Shown: positions 12,001 to 17,876 of the stretch, one piece after another
Numbering within the stretch: the first letter of the stretch is position 1
Layout of the letters: the number at the start of each line of letters is the position of its first letter
DNA from: Candidatus Danuiimicrobium aquiferis
Lineage (GTDB): Bacteria > Omnitrophota > Omnitrophia > Omnitrophales > Danuiimicrobiaceae
Assembly: GCA_001804285.1 (NCBI GenBank)
Contig: MHFR01000016.1
Coordinates: forward strand, 13,975-77,974
DNA length: 64,000 nucleotides
Direction: 5' to 3'
Translations under genes and position numbers: made by a program
Notes under the pieces: model-generated
What the model saw: only the letters and a program-made list of their open reading frames with translations
Databases searched by the model: none
Told to the model about the DNA's origin: nothing

Positions 12001-12464
12001 CCGGTGAGCGCGTTAATTTGACTCCGGATCAGCGGAAAACGATTGGGCTGCCGGTGATGTTGAGAAATCAAGTGGATTTCAGAAGATTAAATCCGGAACG
12101 GGTGCTGAGTCAAAGCGTTCTTCCGGTTGTGAGTAAAAACCCCGAATTTCAATTAGGCCCGAACAATCCCGGCTTTTTGGAAGTTGGGGTCGACACCAAC
12201 CGGGTTGATTCCGATCCGTATCTTGAGCTAACAGAATCAGTGCTTCAAATTGTAATCGGTTTATTAGCTGCAGAGAAAATTAAAAAAGTGAAAGATCTCA
12301 CAATCGAGCAAATCAGAGCCGAGCTTTTGAAGGATTTATTTATCGGATACGGAAGCCGGGAAGATATTGTCCGCATTGATCAAGGGCGGCTGATTATTTC
12401 AAGGTTGGCGCTGAGGCTCTTTTTGGAACACGAAATGACGAAACGGGTGGAGATGTCGGCGTAA
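1..12464 (+). CDS. Giant multidomain membrane protein, 5'-partial (open to the window edge). It has N-terminal and mid-protein transmembrane clusters, a CheY-like receiver domain, a histidine-phosphatase (RHG...SHG) domain and a class-I methyltransferase-like segment.
   Basis: A single stop-free frame runs from nt 3 to 12464 (more than 4150 codons), which cannot occur by chance at this GC. Its amino-acid composition is protein-like over almost its whole length. Recognisable motifs: receiver 'VLIVEDD...LLILDHDLPG...K', 'RHGET' and 'GSHGT', 'VVELGPSDRDG'. Hydrophobic helices lie at about nt 680-1190 and 6280-6420. The frame stays open upstream of the track's TTG at 42, so the gene continues beyond the window. 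Confidence 0.7.
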   Translation, partial: VFHEFVGERARAFLKERIDWDMNIAEPLAAQDWVSRMSVLVARHKDLIVSSIKDIADLDDTHKVTLSQLGTEWESEKLYPVFDWGSSPNPYRRDLIPFLDVFGKEKLRFRFWRHALRALDAAKESYQLLGDVIWEKWAENLIREATDAGEKTKIIERIIREAEPLEVLKTSIETREMREEIKKLSIFQWPSEILSTIVKHRKGQFDFYGMSEKSRWTRMVETYSLRATLMSLGLGVFFLLINYLLTLSNFGGSLVFRMIGEWSGLVTLVFAFIFVMTGGIVRFVFSTILQRDWKSLMGWDFIILIQRQAKDAQALLDGLYLSGDMDRAHDDLFLAKKEFWTETARFLTLLGFVGIWIVPVFAMQLGLYPSMMVFGPVALVLPFIIIGLQYGKFSAMRKASQKLEAIRRADEEASVNTFNDTHRSEVRFNTPKTGTGSGSTKSEPVPVLGSLYQSAQVSSQFFARAEARQLVRSPVTNQQRTQSLSFPHALSGNLQPWIPASAGMTQKLRAEVRAARKPKIDSQEKVMTAIDPNTHTIFIEARKEILDQFVVNLAKLLSISVEALPVDIQNFLAGSSKSLELGNHYFLRRLSSPADGELARFVFTYHMNNLAYGQQEIFDQNKIWETTQTTFKSVIRGTIGKTRKLVETVEKPISERQFSRWLTGKTSGEAETVRRIREMTEKAGVLSARGDFDQAERYFYKALQLIERHSTVEDLIYKLQAGDDTIPVLLSGEDGLVRGYLRQFMKAPEEAIEDLDRVVEILDIVETEFVRNPVMDASVWVPSLIAAYVELAKACIHDDRVPPGLNAVRRAFELVEQFLEITEASPEIATLFQVLLDGIESMWTVPAFENNALSRDEFIDEPVEAIRIGNQILSEEKFQAQVHPEAVKKFRQLEKDVNDRLKQLQMQYEANSFDWRNWLTGPDFNLNQAVTLLASGPEAQYGLFHYMVHPQFRQVSVVGQQHAFRAMESLVRSERILLSNDYMWERLEALEYVTDRYAMKEFSEFADAVREWRRPRASHPAGIVSQQAAKRSEDVLPIPIKRSAALVRQTIALLERKDVDVLAQSIAHAASLIPVRTRAVNQEDVRKWTHQLEYPKFRNQAEALLVARAKEGDSIKQIAYEATSALGSDGIAASIAAIFLELAKVNQRITIRALVSVSQNRQLGQASLRLLRWFFEDDEDRVLAILRDFASPSEENPLLREKAGLVLAQFVRSEARNTDLSKGDAGAGKEGADELVVQIARLAQEIRNRIEIFIVEDTNFAFQEQELEAIRNAMILLEKLERQSGWKLKKLPPKTEVVTRKFNELTEQVKKYRIALLGSTADEQVAMALPGSKLSIEQLPWGNGFIAQRLEAFKGTLQKRMNTIREATRIIGVGYSSLYGFVRDHPDAAEFYHIRQPVLSPRRGKPSNRAEARHSENSSKELLTKARKSPRDAQEDGARAEVRFEKDSTKEMLYQGERVSSIRSNMDVSRAEVRAKGKSGQLLGIVVRGEDSPLWGQFQAAVIGALQVKRVLEITPANLEIFHYSPLDGEIGVLSVTNNHKQHNDSGSVALVTYSLRVERAKHASAKGGSRKILKISGQDTGSNYQSLGMMRLFYAYLSAFHGINRFVIDVNTAPRFLKRLKAQGFILSIRQKGLFTTVDLNHEKLAAVLRVSRAEARDKGVKTAKKRMNEEAKLRRRAGRLRRNIWNWIAENPVVFKRTRQKYVTNALGRFRKYIDETHVRFERKWLDYLIKKEAEVTRVSLPDQRILRMIFIPLQSFIPFFETHQYPDGDTRGFGFLEVNKRSIGSGFYSYSRTTGDMIIGFRIFQEFREKNNKEVFKAFLNALLRKFHPKRFVVPNQQIHNADTSPAATLFYLKSGFIPYGVSHKIQASVDMRFVQLMEGQRLSLKTIRSLHDRIERHITFTENPWLYEGVWVSPLIKPKNGRSEVHSQPLIDQNDAASTAWPLTASTVSPPRAEARIFHSGILDRGFQTELNGNQVYMKGLDRVASHLLLPKRSEARADRYGIDWDAVARGLSTQLRNIETFVVEATTRKEWAEVTREVEKLINTFKKGVQFAPTEVLKGPSYEQLFFRLNRVVKIVAEETAKMLVSRINSDVLIILAQLSLIVFLFALVSLPVAIGLSALLSIGSVLALTGILRDQNMRKVTASWLAQKQRDIDDLAANGRKEDAFRTERSEARTETSGQPQKFWVPHRVLIVEDDDVSARFYKAQIRAFWNLNEDQIDIVSSGDEAVLRFYPEYPATYDLLILDHDLPGEIHGKDVLALARLKSKQTMIVFNSANSVARQSVRDSGLADLVVPGKIGVEKDLSDPKSDISVWLRETNSIASSRRSEARSEFPLNQEEERILRELGMSVDEKTGKLFYIDRTGEPRVELEADVSIVRHGETLLIEQSRKDGLQRFQGALDGPENQLSEEGKRQAEESALKLYQELIEERKLDPRELILVSSPLTRVLDTLQAFIDLVKERTGYELKITRDEELERLAIEISFGAYENLTEPEIRAMGEKDYQLARAFRNGHALVRFPAGEKPGESFVQDLVRAYYLTKYINEHYRGKHVVLGSHGTTSGAMRVIQKDPAMFNADGFVDWRTNMLKPAQVFHLSKMSRRAPSQKGWSDKELLGLARRAWNLGYQPEEKSERPVPDVMGLIAKQLAVEDNQKTRRPEAPNEIARANSSEGIQRQIKAINDSLVKLRRMELDLLTRLRYPTEHTFPYWRNISEKELRAELEAVRAQIAKLDTTANALRDKLGRSEVRNINNSSGFRVSGSELNSQLGTRDSKLKTSAEGGRAEVRQVKRLVNFNRIVDYLKKQKISQQALHYLNEMRFDFQIHMTDESNVLKRFDFSALDEEDRLVLQEALNKWVEIFQQCKAYINGEAWVRYSRVLEFLLAEYGGLEKLRGKKVVELGPSDRDGLLRFLKDSGIDSIGYDVNPAVQNDLVKPADFFRVAEDYAPNTVEVVFSVDSLTVPYMIQASGYSRNEVYRTENMNRLMKDLNRMMTSTGTVIFEMEPVQDLDTSGFAIIEQPLMDLRGFWVFKIQRAEVRNLADQKGDRHMTPVEQLPVPFLANQGERVSSQPFARAEARAESQPFFVERKMPFVEMVQALPELSEELKAQFDYARAIYFGDKNRAADLWKSLAEHGYKLIGGKWYAMVFSVKITLAGASIEPLQPDSFFSHLQVVLGHELKHLDPALAMKLYEHLGYFFSNMKVDPRILPTVFDLDLSRAYYSEGTLPDGKVLTHVIFPNTINRSVSTSDYVSEFFFVDGVFYAYGAMHDFWSNAELEESFSVLEAENGNAIGRGVPHLARDVYEARLKTILKILPGRVVRVPSAQFSLKADGHSALIFYLKLGFRPRPLPEDIDLRSKVDDWMAKLDSDPKLRIPEREIERFLLRMGEKNLYYIPPEMLRRAEARLNSVNSTTALSQLLNKKDLLNEAIGLSWLPINMFSHSQWKAMAASGDALRHRSELRAGLPELNGEIPGEFTPKQVARKIRQFSKQAFEEKERGKKFNLVLTQTEEQLPEEVTVTARNLDARMRRVNRFLAGFPKGYRFKLYFVNAQIPVLIVSQAQEIPAGAIVKADVLMNKLKHANDALVNIMMTLNQSKNLVTKGNLTHLRRQLAIVRQIYDDQEGMLKKEFQKAYANADKTDFLLMFMLAGALKAVAHIVDQGSPKLPQPVNFTNLLQSLMPMTKAFDYPIQVTDDTSILNRSEVRLMQPMMENAAEMKTARPSATQPSSVEQLENARDYLNPALSSSRVTRFAKSGIEAPTTSSTATRRVSTEINRSSTPPRRSLTSSISVRSAPKPSATTRKSLLRSSTNTPTSRAVKSDVMAITPSLSAGDRNLADKPEVVNINQDHNNIEFKSTVEIPTLPRNDERLISDSSINQAADHVALAIAPESVSLNPGDEIQPADVQRELVILKEVDVDVFSEKLRAAVIKKLKELNPQVDVEIVDPEIVKQLTGNWIDLLAEKLSGKLSIAFEMSGQLTVDKIVEAFQAEGFRGRIKNLILTGERVNLTPDQRKTIGLPVMLRNQVDFRRLNPERVLSQSVLPVVSKNPEFQLGPNNPGFLEVGVDTNRVDSDPYLELTESVLQIVIGLLAAEKIKKVKDLTIEQIRAELLKDLFIGYGSREDIVRIDQGRLIISRLALRLFLEHEMTKRVEMSA
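1268..1406. repeat. In-frame palindromic insert module bounded by ccgaagttcgc and ggccgaagcgcgc. It has a 20-bp stem (cccaaaacggggacagg / cctgtccccgttttggg) and a gcgcgcaagtgtcctcgc / gcgagggccgaagcgcgc hairpin.
   Basis: Inverted repeats read directly from the sequence; translated as ...RSEVR...ARAEAR... Confidence 0.7.
1452..1519. repeat. MITE family B copy (tgtcattcccgc...gcgggaat / ggatccccg...cggggatgaca) lying in-frame inside the giant ORF.
   Basis: Near-identical to the intergenic copy at 17495-17567. Translated in-frame as SLSFPHALSGNLQPWIPASAGMTQK. Confidence 0.75.
4228..4426. repeat. Composite in-frame repeat module: three tandem ggccgaag[ct]gcgc units, each with a caa[ag]gcg..gtcctcgc hairpin arm.
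   Basis: Sequence repeats; translated RAEAR...ARAEVR...SRAEVR. Confidence 0.65.
6526..6575. repeat. In-frame module ccgaagcgcgg + ccccaaaagttttggg hairpin, immediately before the receiver domain.
   Basis: Shares the motif and the palindrome with the module at 1268. Confidence 0.55.
8235..8364. repeat. In-frame module bounded by cgttccgaagttcgc and gtgccgaagtgcgg, with ccgagtt / aactcgg and ccgccgaaggcgg palindromes.
   Basis: Sequence repeats; translated RSEVR...RAEVR. Confidence 0.6.
9098..9237. repeat. In-frame module with the same architecture as 1268-1406: ccgaagttcgc, a ccaaaaaggggacaggc / gcctgtcccctttttgg stem, then gtcctcgc..gcgagggccgaagcgcgc.
   Basis: Aligns along its whole length with the module at 1268-1406. 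Confidence 0.7.
10201..10290. repeat. In-frame module gggccgaagcgcgc + ttgaattcggttaattcaa palindrome + ccctatcgc / gcgataggac hairpin.
   Basis: Read directly from the sequence. Confidence 0.5.
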
Positions 12465-12484
12465 TTGATTCTGTGAATTAATAT

Positions 12485-12823
12485 GAAGAAAAAAGAATGC
12501 TCGCTGCTCGGCACTGACTTACATTGAAAATATTTAAAAGTTTTCTTATTTCGGTAGTCAGTACCGCCCTTGAGCTATTCAATAAAATCTTTCTTAAGGA
12601 AGCTCAATGGGCGGACATATCTGCGCTCCAGTGGGTGCTCGATAACTCGCTTCGAGCATTCTTTTTTCTTCATCTGTTCCGCCTCTCCGCCATCATAGAA
12701 GGTAAAATTTGTGAAAAAGGAAGCCGTACAACAAGTTATCTATCCACGAGTTCGGAAAAAGCGGAGGGAATTCACTCATTAGCTTTTTACGCTGTCTGAG
12801 TGGGAGATAACTTGTTGTACGGC
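12485..12823. other. Structured intergenic region with two long perfect inverted-repeat pairs: 12485-12503 pairs with 12655-12673 (19 bp), and 12716-12734 pairs with 12805-12823 (19 bp).
   Basis: Reverse-complement matches read from the sequence. The second stem is followed by cttttag. Candidate terminator, ncRNA or MITE pair. Confidence 0.5.
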
Positions 12824-12891
12824 TTTTAGATCTATTGTTTAAATATTCTAAACCATTTCATATCAACACTTTACGATTTATTTTAATTTTT

Positions 12892-12921
12892 TTGACATTT
12901 ACTCTATAAGTTTGATATAAT
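12892..12921 (+). promoter_or_regulatory. Sigma70-like promoter for rplM-rpsI: TTGACA, 18-nt spacer, TATAAT.
   Basis: Exact consensus hexamers with an 18-nt spacer, about 75 nt upstream of rplM. Confidence 0.6.
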
Positions 12922-12996
12922 TCCCGCCTTTCTCGCATCCAATAAGGAGCGGGGGTTACACTTTAAAATCAGCAAAGGAAGTTCGGGTTAGACGTT

Positions 12997-13425
12997 ATGC
13001 AAAAAACATTTATTCCAAAACGAAAAGATATTAAAGAAGAGTGCTATCTCATTGATGCACACAATAAAATTTTAGGCCGGCTTGCCACGCAAATTGCAAA
13101 TCTCCTGATGGGAAAAGGGAAAGTTTGTTACGTGAAGCATGTTCAGTGCGGAGATCGTGTCGTGATCACCAATGCGAAGGGCGTGAAAGTAACGGGCCGA
13201 AAAGCGGATACAAAAACATACGCTCATTACACCGGATATCCGGGCGGCTACGAAGAGTTGCCATTCAAAGAAGTTTTGTCGAAACATCCCGAGCGGATTA
13301 TTGAAGAAGCGGTGAAACGGATGCTTCCCAAAAACCGATTGCGGGCGAAATTATTAAAAAGACTTCATATATATGCTGGCGCTGAACACGAACAAGCAGC
13401 GCATAAGCCAGTCGTGTTGAATTAA
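12997..13425 (+). CDS. rplM: 50S ribosomal protein L13
   Basis: 142 aa. The N-terminal sequence and length are typical of L13, and it is adjacent to rpsI. Confidence 0.93.
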   Translation: MQKTFIPKRKDIKEECYLIDAHNKILGRLATQIANLLMGKGKVCYVKHVQCGDRVVITNAKGVKVTGRKADTKTYAHYTGYPGGYEELPFKEVLSKHPERIIEEAVKRMLPKNRLRAKLLKRLHIYAGAEHEQAAHKPVVLN

Positions 13426-13446
13426 TTAAGGAGAGAGTGGGTACTC

Positions 13447-13881
13447 ATGGAAGAAATCGTTCAAAATCAAGAATCAAAAAAAGTAACAAAAGTGCCGGGG
13501 TCTTATTATGCAACCGGCCGGCGCAAGAGATCAATCGCGCGTGTGTGGTTATTTGATGGGACCAAAGACATCAGTGTCAATGGAAGGACAATGGAAGACT
13601 TTTTCCCGCGAGAAACGCACCGCATGATTATTCGTCAACCCTTTGAGGCTACGAAGCTGACTGATCGGTTCGGGATTCGTGCAAGCGTCGAAGGTGGCGG
13701 CGGGAGCGGACAGGCAGGTGCGGTTCGGCTTGGGATTGCGCGTGCTCTTATTGTTTTCGATGAAAAATTAAAAACCGTTTTGAGAAAAGCGGGTTTGGTG
13801 ACGCGGGATCCTCGCGAGCGTGAACGGAAAAAGTATGGAAAGAAAGGCGCCCGCAGAAGTTTCCAATATACGAAGCGATAA
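13447..13881 (+). CDS. rpsI: 30S ribosomal protein S9
   Basis: 144 aa with GRRKRSIARV and a basic C-terminal ...RRSFQYTKR, as in S9. Confidence 0.93.
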   Translation: MEEIVQNQESKKVTKVPGSYYATGRRKRSIARVWLFDGTKDISVNGRTMEDFFPRETHRMIIRQPFEATKLTDRFGIRASVEGGGGSGQAGAVRLGIARALIVFDEKLKTVLRKAGLVTRDPRERERKKYGKKGARRSFQYTKR

Positions 13882-13900
13882 TCAGTCGCTTATTTCCGTT

Positions 13901-14032
13901 ATGGAGAAATTGAATTGGTGGTTGGTTGCGTTTTTGTTGTGTGTGGTGTTGATTGTCTCGAGCGGGTGCGCGGCCTTTCTTGAAGATTACAGCTATAATC
14001 CCATCGGAAGCGGTTACTCAAGTAATAACTAA
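13901..14032 (+). CDS. Possible small lipoprotein/membrane peptide (about 43 aa)
   Basis: MEKLNWWLVAFLLCVVLIVSSGC has a lipobox-like SGC. There is no clear Shine-Dalgarno sequence. Confidence 0.25.
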   Translation: MEKLNWWLVAFLLCVVLIVSSGCAAFLEDYSYNPIGSGYSSNN

Positions 14033-14056
14033 GTCTTTTTCAAAGCAGTCCATTTC

Positions 14057-16681
14057 ATGAAGGGACATTCAATGCGGCGCGGTCTCTTTGTTGTGATAAC
14101 CGCGGTTTTTATTGTGGTTGTCATTTTTTTCTTTGCGCTTCCGTTTGTTGTTCGTCCTGCATTTTTACAAAATCTCATTCGAGAGCGGGTGGAAGCCCGT
14201 CTTGGGTTGACGCCTTCCTTTCAAACTTATCGGGTTTCTTTATGGCCGCTTCCCGTGTTGCATTTTAATGTATGTAAGCTAACCAATTCTCAAGAGCGCA
14301 ATGCCCTGCCGGTTTTGGAAGCGGAACGCGTGAGTTTTCGGCCGAGCATTCTTCCGCTTTTTGGGGGACGCGTCGAATTTGCCCAAATTTCATTAGTTAA
14401 TTCTAAAATCCGTTTTCCGCTCCGGATATTTGATAAGAAATTAGACAAGCAACTCGTTCTGGAAAATATTTCATTAAATTTATGGAATGTCCGCTCTCGT
14501 AACCGTGTCCGGTATAATTTGCAGGGAAAAATGTGGAGCGGCATTGATAATATTCGATCGAAAGGGGAGTTTCAATTTGACTTTGACAAATTCGATTTGA
14601 AAGACCTTTTCTTCGAAAGCGATTTTTCGATAGAAAAAATAAAGTGGCAGAAATGGGTTGAATGGTTTGGTGTGTTGCCGATAGACCTTCTCGATGGAGA
14701 ATCTTCGTTGATGGGAAGGGTGAAGAAAAGTCCGGGGAGCAAAGCGTTTACGATCGACGGGCTTGGGCAAGTGAAGAATATGGTTTATCAATCCAAAGAT
14801 AAACTCACCAAAAGTTATCCTACCGATTACGATATTCAAGCACAGGCCGAGTTTGATGTGGAAAAAGGTTTTGTAAGGCTAAAGGATGGCATCTTGAACG
14901 CGCCTTTTACAAAAAAAATTCAAGTAAGCGGAAAATTTATTTATGGCACCGGTGTGTTCGAGGAATTGTTATTAAAAGCCGAATCGCTCCGGTTTGATTT
15001 GCTCCCGCTCCACATTCTTTCTTTTGCGGATATATTTCCCGTGAACCTGGGGCTTTCCGGCGAAAGCGGATTGGATTGTTATGTGAAAGGGAATTTAGCG
15101 GAGCTATCCATTAATGCGCATCTTGATTTAACAAAAAACGTCGTGAATTATTCGACTTATTTTTCGAAACCGGCGGATACGCCTCTTATTTTGGGGTGGG
15201 ATTTGAAATTGTTTTTAGGTCGCTTGCTCAGAGGAGATTTTTCTATTAATTTTGATAAAGCTTCGGCGAAAGGGTCCCTTGTTGATTTTGATTTGCGGAG
15301 TTCGACGGGCGAAATGACAGTAATGACGAATAATTTTATAGTTGATGGCTGGCAAAAATATTTTCCATCAATTCAAAATGTTGAATTTACAGGTGGGCTA
15401 AAAGTCTTTTCCAGTGCCAAAGGAAATTTTAAGGAAATCTCAAAACTAAAGTGCATGAACAATCTTACTTTTTCAGATGTGAACGTGAAGGCAGCCAATG
15501 GTGCATTGCTTGAAAAATTAAACGGCTTGATTGACTTCGGCCCTTTTGAAGCGGAAATGAAAGATGTGAAGTTTAACATGGGCGGGGCATCTTTTGCGAT
15601 GCAGGGAAAAATGCTGCGGCAAGTTGACGCGACGTGGCTTTTTCAGATTGATTCGGAACAATTTCACATGATCAAGTTGATTGATCAAGCCGAGAAAATA
15701 TCAAATGCGATTCAATTATTTGGCAAAACGAAATGGGATTCCGTACCGATTCAAAATTCGCTGCGCGAATGGCTTGCGGGCGGTGACATATTTGATCGCT
15801 TAAGCGTTCAGGTTGGATATCGGCCGGGACAGCTTGGGATTCCGGAAGCGCATTTTGATGCTTACGGAGGAACGGTTTCGGGAAAAGCGCTTTTTGAGCT
15901 TGCCGCGGAAAAACCATCTTCAAAATTTGAATTGCAGTTTGAAAAGCTTAATTTGGTACGGATGCAGGGTGAAAAAGAAAACCTGCTTGTCGAAGGAAAT
16001 TTGTTTGGAGCGGCGCATTTTGCAAGTGATGGGCCGTTTGATGCCGGATGGCTTGACCGGTTAAAAGGAGAAGGAACGGTTGGCGTGACAAACGGGGAGT
16101 TCCGGACATTTGATCTTGTGGGCGAATTGGGGAAAATCGCGGAACTTGCGATGCTTCTAAATTACGGGACCAAAACAACAAAATTTAATGATGTACGTTG
16201 CGTTTTTTCGATCGGCGATAAAAAAGCTTCGTCCAAAGATATTTTTCTTGTTTCCGACGACCTTGAAATTAATGGAGAAGGGGATATCGATTTCAGCGGC
16301 AATTTAAATACGCGGCTTTCGATTTATTTAATGCCGTCGATGGGCGGGAAGGTGACGAATAAAATTAGCCAGGATGACCGTCTTGGGCCGATTCCTCTGT
16401 TGCTTACGGGGACGCTTAAGAAACCGATGATTCAAAAAGATGCCATCGCGCTTCAAACTTTTCTTGATCTATTTTCGCAAGGACAATTTTCGAAGATTGT
16501 TTCGGCCATTACGCGAAAGCGATTACCGAAAAAAGAATCCGCCGAAACAAAAGATGCATCAAATTCTTCAGGTAAGAAGAAAGAAAATCAACCCGCCGCT
16601 TCTGAGCTTACTCAACAAATCTTAGATACCGGATTTGGACTTCTCGATCAGTTTCTTGCGAAGCGGGGAACCGCTTCTTAA
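14057..16681 (+). CDS. AsmA-family outer-membrane biogenesis protein-like (N-terminal transmembrane anchor, 874 aa)
   Basis: N-terminal transmembrane helix followed by a long beta-rich periplasmic region; overall resemblance only. Confidence 0.55.
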   Translation: MKGHSMRRGLFVVITAVFIVVVIFFFALPFVVRPAFLQNLIRERVEARLGLTPSFQTYRVSLWPLPVLHFNVCKLTNSQERNALPVLEAERVSFRPSILPLFGGRVEFAQISLVNSKIRFPLRIFDKKLDKQLVLENISLNLWNVRSRNRVRYNLQGKMWSGIDNIRSKGEFQFDFDKFDLKDLFFESDFSIEKIKWQKWVEWFGVLPIDLLDGESSLMGRVKKSPGSKAFTIDGLGQVKNMVYQSKDKLTKSYPTDYDIQAQAEFDVEKGFVRLKDGILNAPFTKKIQVSGKFIYGTGVFEELLLKAESLRFDLLPLHILSFADIFPVNLGLSGESGLDCYVKGNLAELSINAHLDLTKNVVNYSTYFSKPADTPLILGWDLKLFLGRLLRGDFSINFDKASAKGSLVDFDLRSSTGEMTVMTNNFIVDGWQKYFPSIQNVEFTGGLKVFSSAKGNFKEISKLKCMNNLTFSDVNVKAANGALLEKLNGLIDFGPFEAEMKDVKFNMGGASFAMQGKMLRQVDATWLFQIDSEQFHMIKLIDQAEKISNAIQLFGKTKWDSVPIQNSLREWLAGGDIFDRLSVQVGYRPGQLGIPEAHFDAYGGTVSGKALFELAAEKPSSKFELQFEKLNLVRMQGEKENLLVEGNLFGAAHFASDGPFDAGWLDRLKGEGTVGVTNGEFRTFDLVGELGKIAELAMLLNYGTKTTKFNDVRCVFSIGDKKASSKDIFLVSDDLEINGEGDIDFSGNLNTRLSIYLMPSMGGKVTNKISQDDRLGPIPLLLTGTLKKPMIQKDAIALQTFLDLFSQGQFSKIVSAITRKRLPKKESAETKDASNSSGKKKENQPAASELTQQILDTGFGLLDQFLAKRGTAS

Positions 16682-17356
16682 TTTTTTTAGCAAGCCTGCA
16701 GCTGCTTTTGCTTCCGCTTCCTTTAATGTCCGACCTTTTCCTTTCGAACGCATTTTCCCGTGAATGCTGACCCACGCTGTAAATTGGTGTTTTTCTTTAT
16801 GGCCGATTTCATAGCTTGGCAGGATGTGCAGTTCTTTTTGCACGTATTCCTGTAGCGTGCTTTTGGGGTTGGGGTCAATTCGAAACAATTTTTTCTGATC
16901 AAAATAAGTATTAAAGTGTTTTGCTAAAAATTCTTCGGTTTTTTTCAGGCCACGATCATAATAAATGGCCGCAACCAATGCTTCAAACGAATCGGCCAGA
17001 ATTTTTTCTTTGAGGAGAGAAAATTGTTTTTTTTCATGCTTGCCGATGTCCAGAAATCTGTGAAGTTTTATCGTTTTTCCGATTTTGGCGAGTACCCTTC
17101 GTGAAACAAGGATGGAGCGCAACCGGCTGAGAAGGCCTTCGTCAGCATCGGGAAATAGCTTGTAAAGTCTTCTTGCGATAAAAAAATTTAAAACAGAATC
17201 GCCGAGGAACTCGAGACGCTGAAAACACGCTACGGGTTTTACGGAGACGCACTCATTCCGATAAGACGGATGTGTCAGCGCAGCTTCGATCAATTTCTTA
17301 TTTCGAAAGGAGAAACCCACAGCTTTTCTTAGTTTTGCGATTGTTTGTTTTGCCAT
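16622..17356 (-). CDS. rnc: Ribonuclease III
   Basis: ERLEFLGDSVL signature and a C-terminal dsRBD; 244 aa. Confidence 0.92.
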   Translation of the reverse strand: MAKQTIAKLRKAVGFSFRNKKLIEAALTHPSYRNECVSVKPVACFQRLEFLGDSVLNFFIARRLYKLFPDADEGLLSRLRSILVSRRVLAKIGKTIKLHRFLDIGKHEKKQFSLLKEKILADSFEALVAAIYYDRGLKKTEEFLAKHFNTYFDQKKLFRIDPNPKSTLQEYVQKELHILPSYEIGHKEKHQFTAWVSIHGKMRSKGKGRTLKEAEAKAAAGLLKKLRSGSPLRKKLIEKSKSGI

Positions 17357-17494
17357 AGATTAAAATAAGGTGTTAAATTTTGAATGGATTATGCTCAAGT
17401 TGACATAACCTATTCATTTGACAAAAGATAAGCAATTTTTTATAATATCGACTCACATTTTTTTAACTTAAATGATTTGAACTCTGCAAATTTC

Positions 17495-17567
17495 TGTCAT
17501 TCCCGTAAGCTTTAAGCGGGAATCCAGAAAAACATGGATCCCCGATAAAAACATTCGGGGATGACAA
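17495..17567. repeat. MITE family B copy (two gtcattcccg..cgggaat / ggatccccg..cggggatgaca hairpins)
   Basis: Inverted repeats in the sequence; intergenic between rnc and argC. Confidence 0.75.
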
Positions 17568-17709
17568 ATTAGTAATTGTCAAAGAGTTGTGATTATTACG
17601 CCATAAAAAGTGCAGAACTCAAGTTAAATGATTAATCACTATTGGTAATAAAGATATCGGATTCCTCTGGTTTTTTTAATTTCATTTACAATAAAAAAGA
17701 GTATTTCTT

Positions 17710-17816
17710 TAGCGTTTTGAAGTTGACAGGACTCCAATACCCTTCCGCCAAACAGCGCGTCGGATCCGCCTCTGACGGAAACCCTCTCCCTCAGGGAGAG
17801 GGCAGGGGTGAGGGCG
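17710..17816. repeat. Family A element (tagcgttttgaagttgac ... ccctctccctcagggagagggcaggggtgagggc)
   Basis: The same module recurs at 21186-21268 and 44351-44452. Confidence 0.6.
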
Positions 17817-17876
17817 ATTTCAGTCATTTGATATCTGATAATTTTGATACAGAAACAAATAATCCGTGAGGTTTTT

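Noticed and set aside
12524-12799. Track ORF of 91 aa between the giant gene and rplM
   Set aside because: It lies entirely within the long inverted-repeat structure, has no Shine-Dalgarno sequence, and its low-complexity sequence mirrors the palindromes. It is probably a spurious ORF in a structured RNA or repeat region.
12485-12823. RNase P RNA, tmRNA or SRP RNA in the structured intergenic region
   Set aside because: None of the universally conserved motifs are present: RNase P GGAAAGTCCGGGCTCC / ACAGAACCCGGCTTA, tmRNA tRNA-like ends with GGTTCGA.TCC and the tag ORF, or the SRP GGAA tetraloop domain. Treated only as an unclassified structured region.
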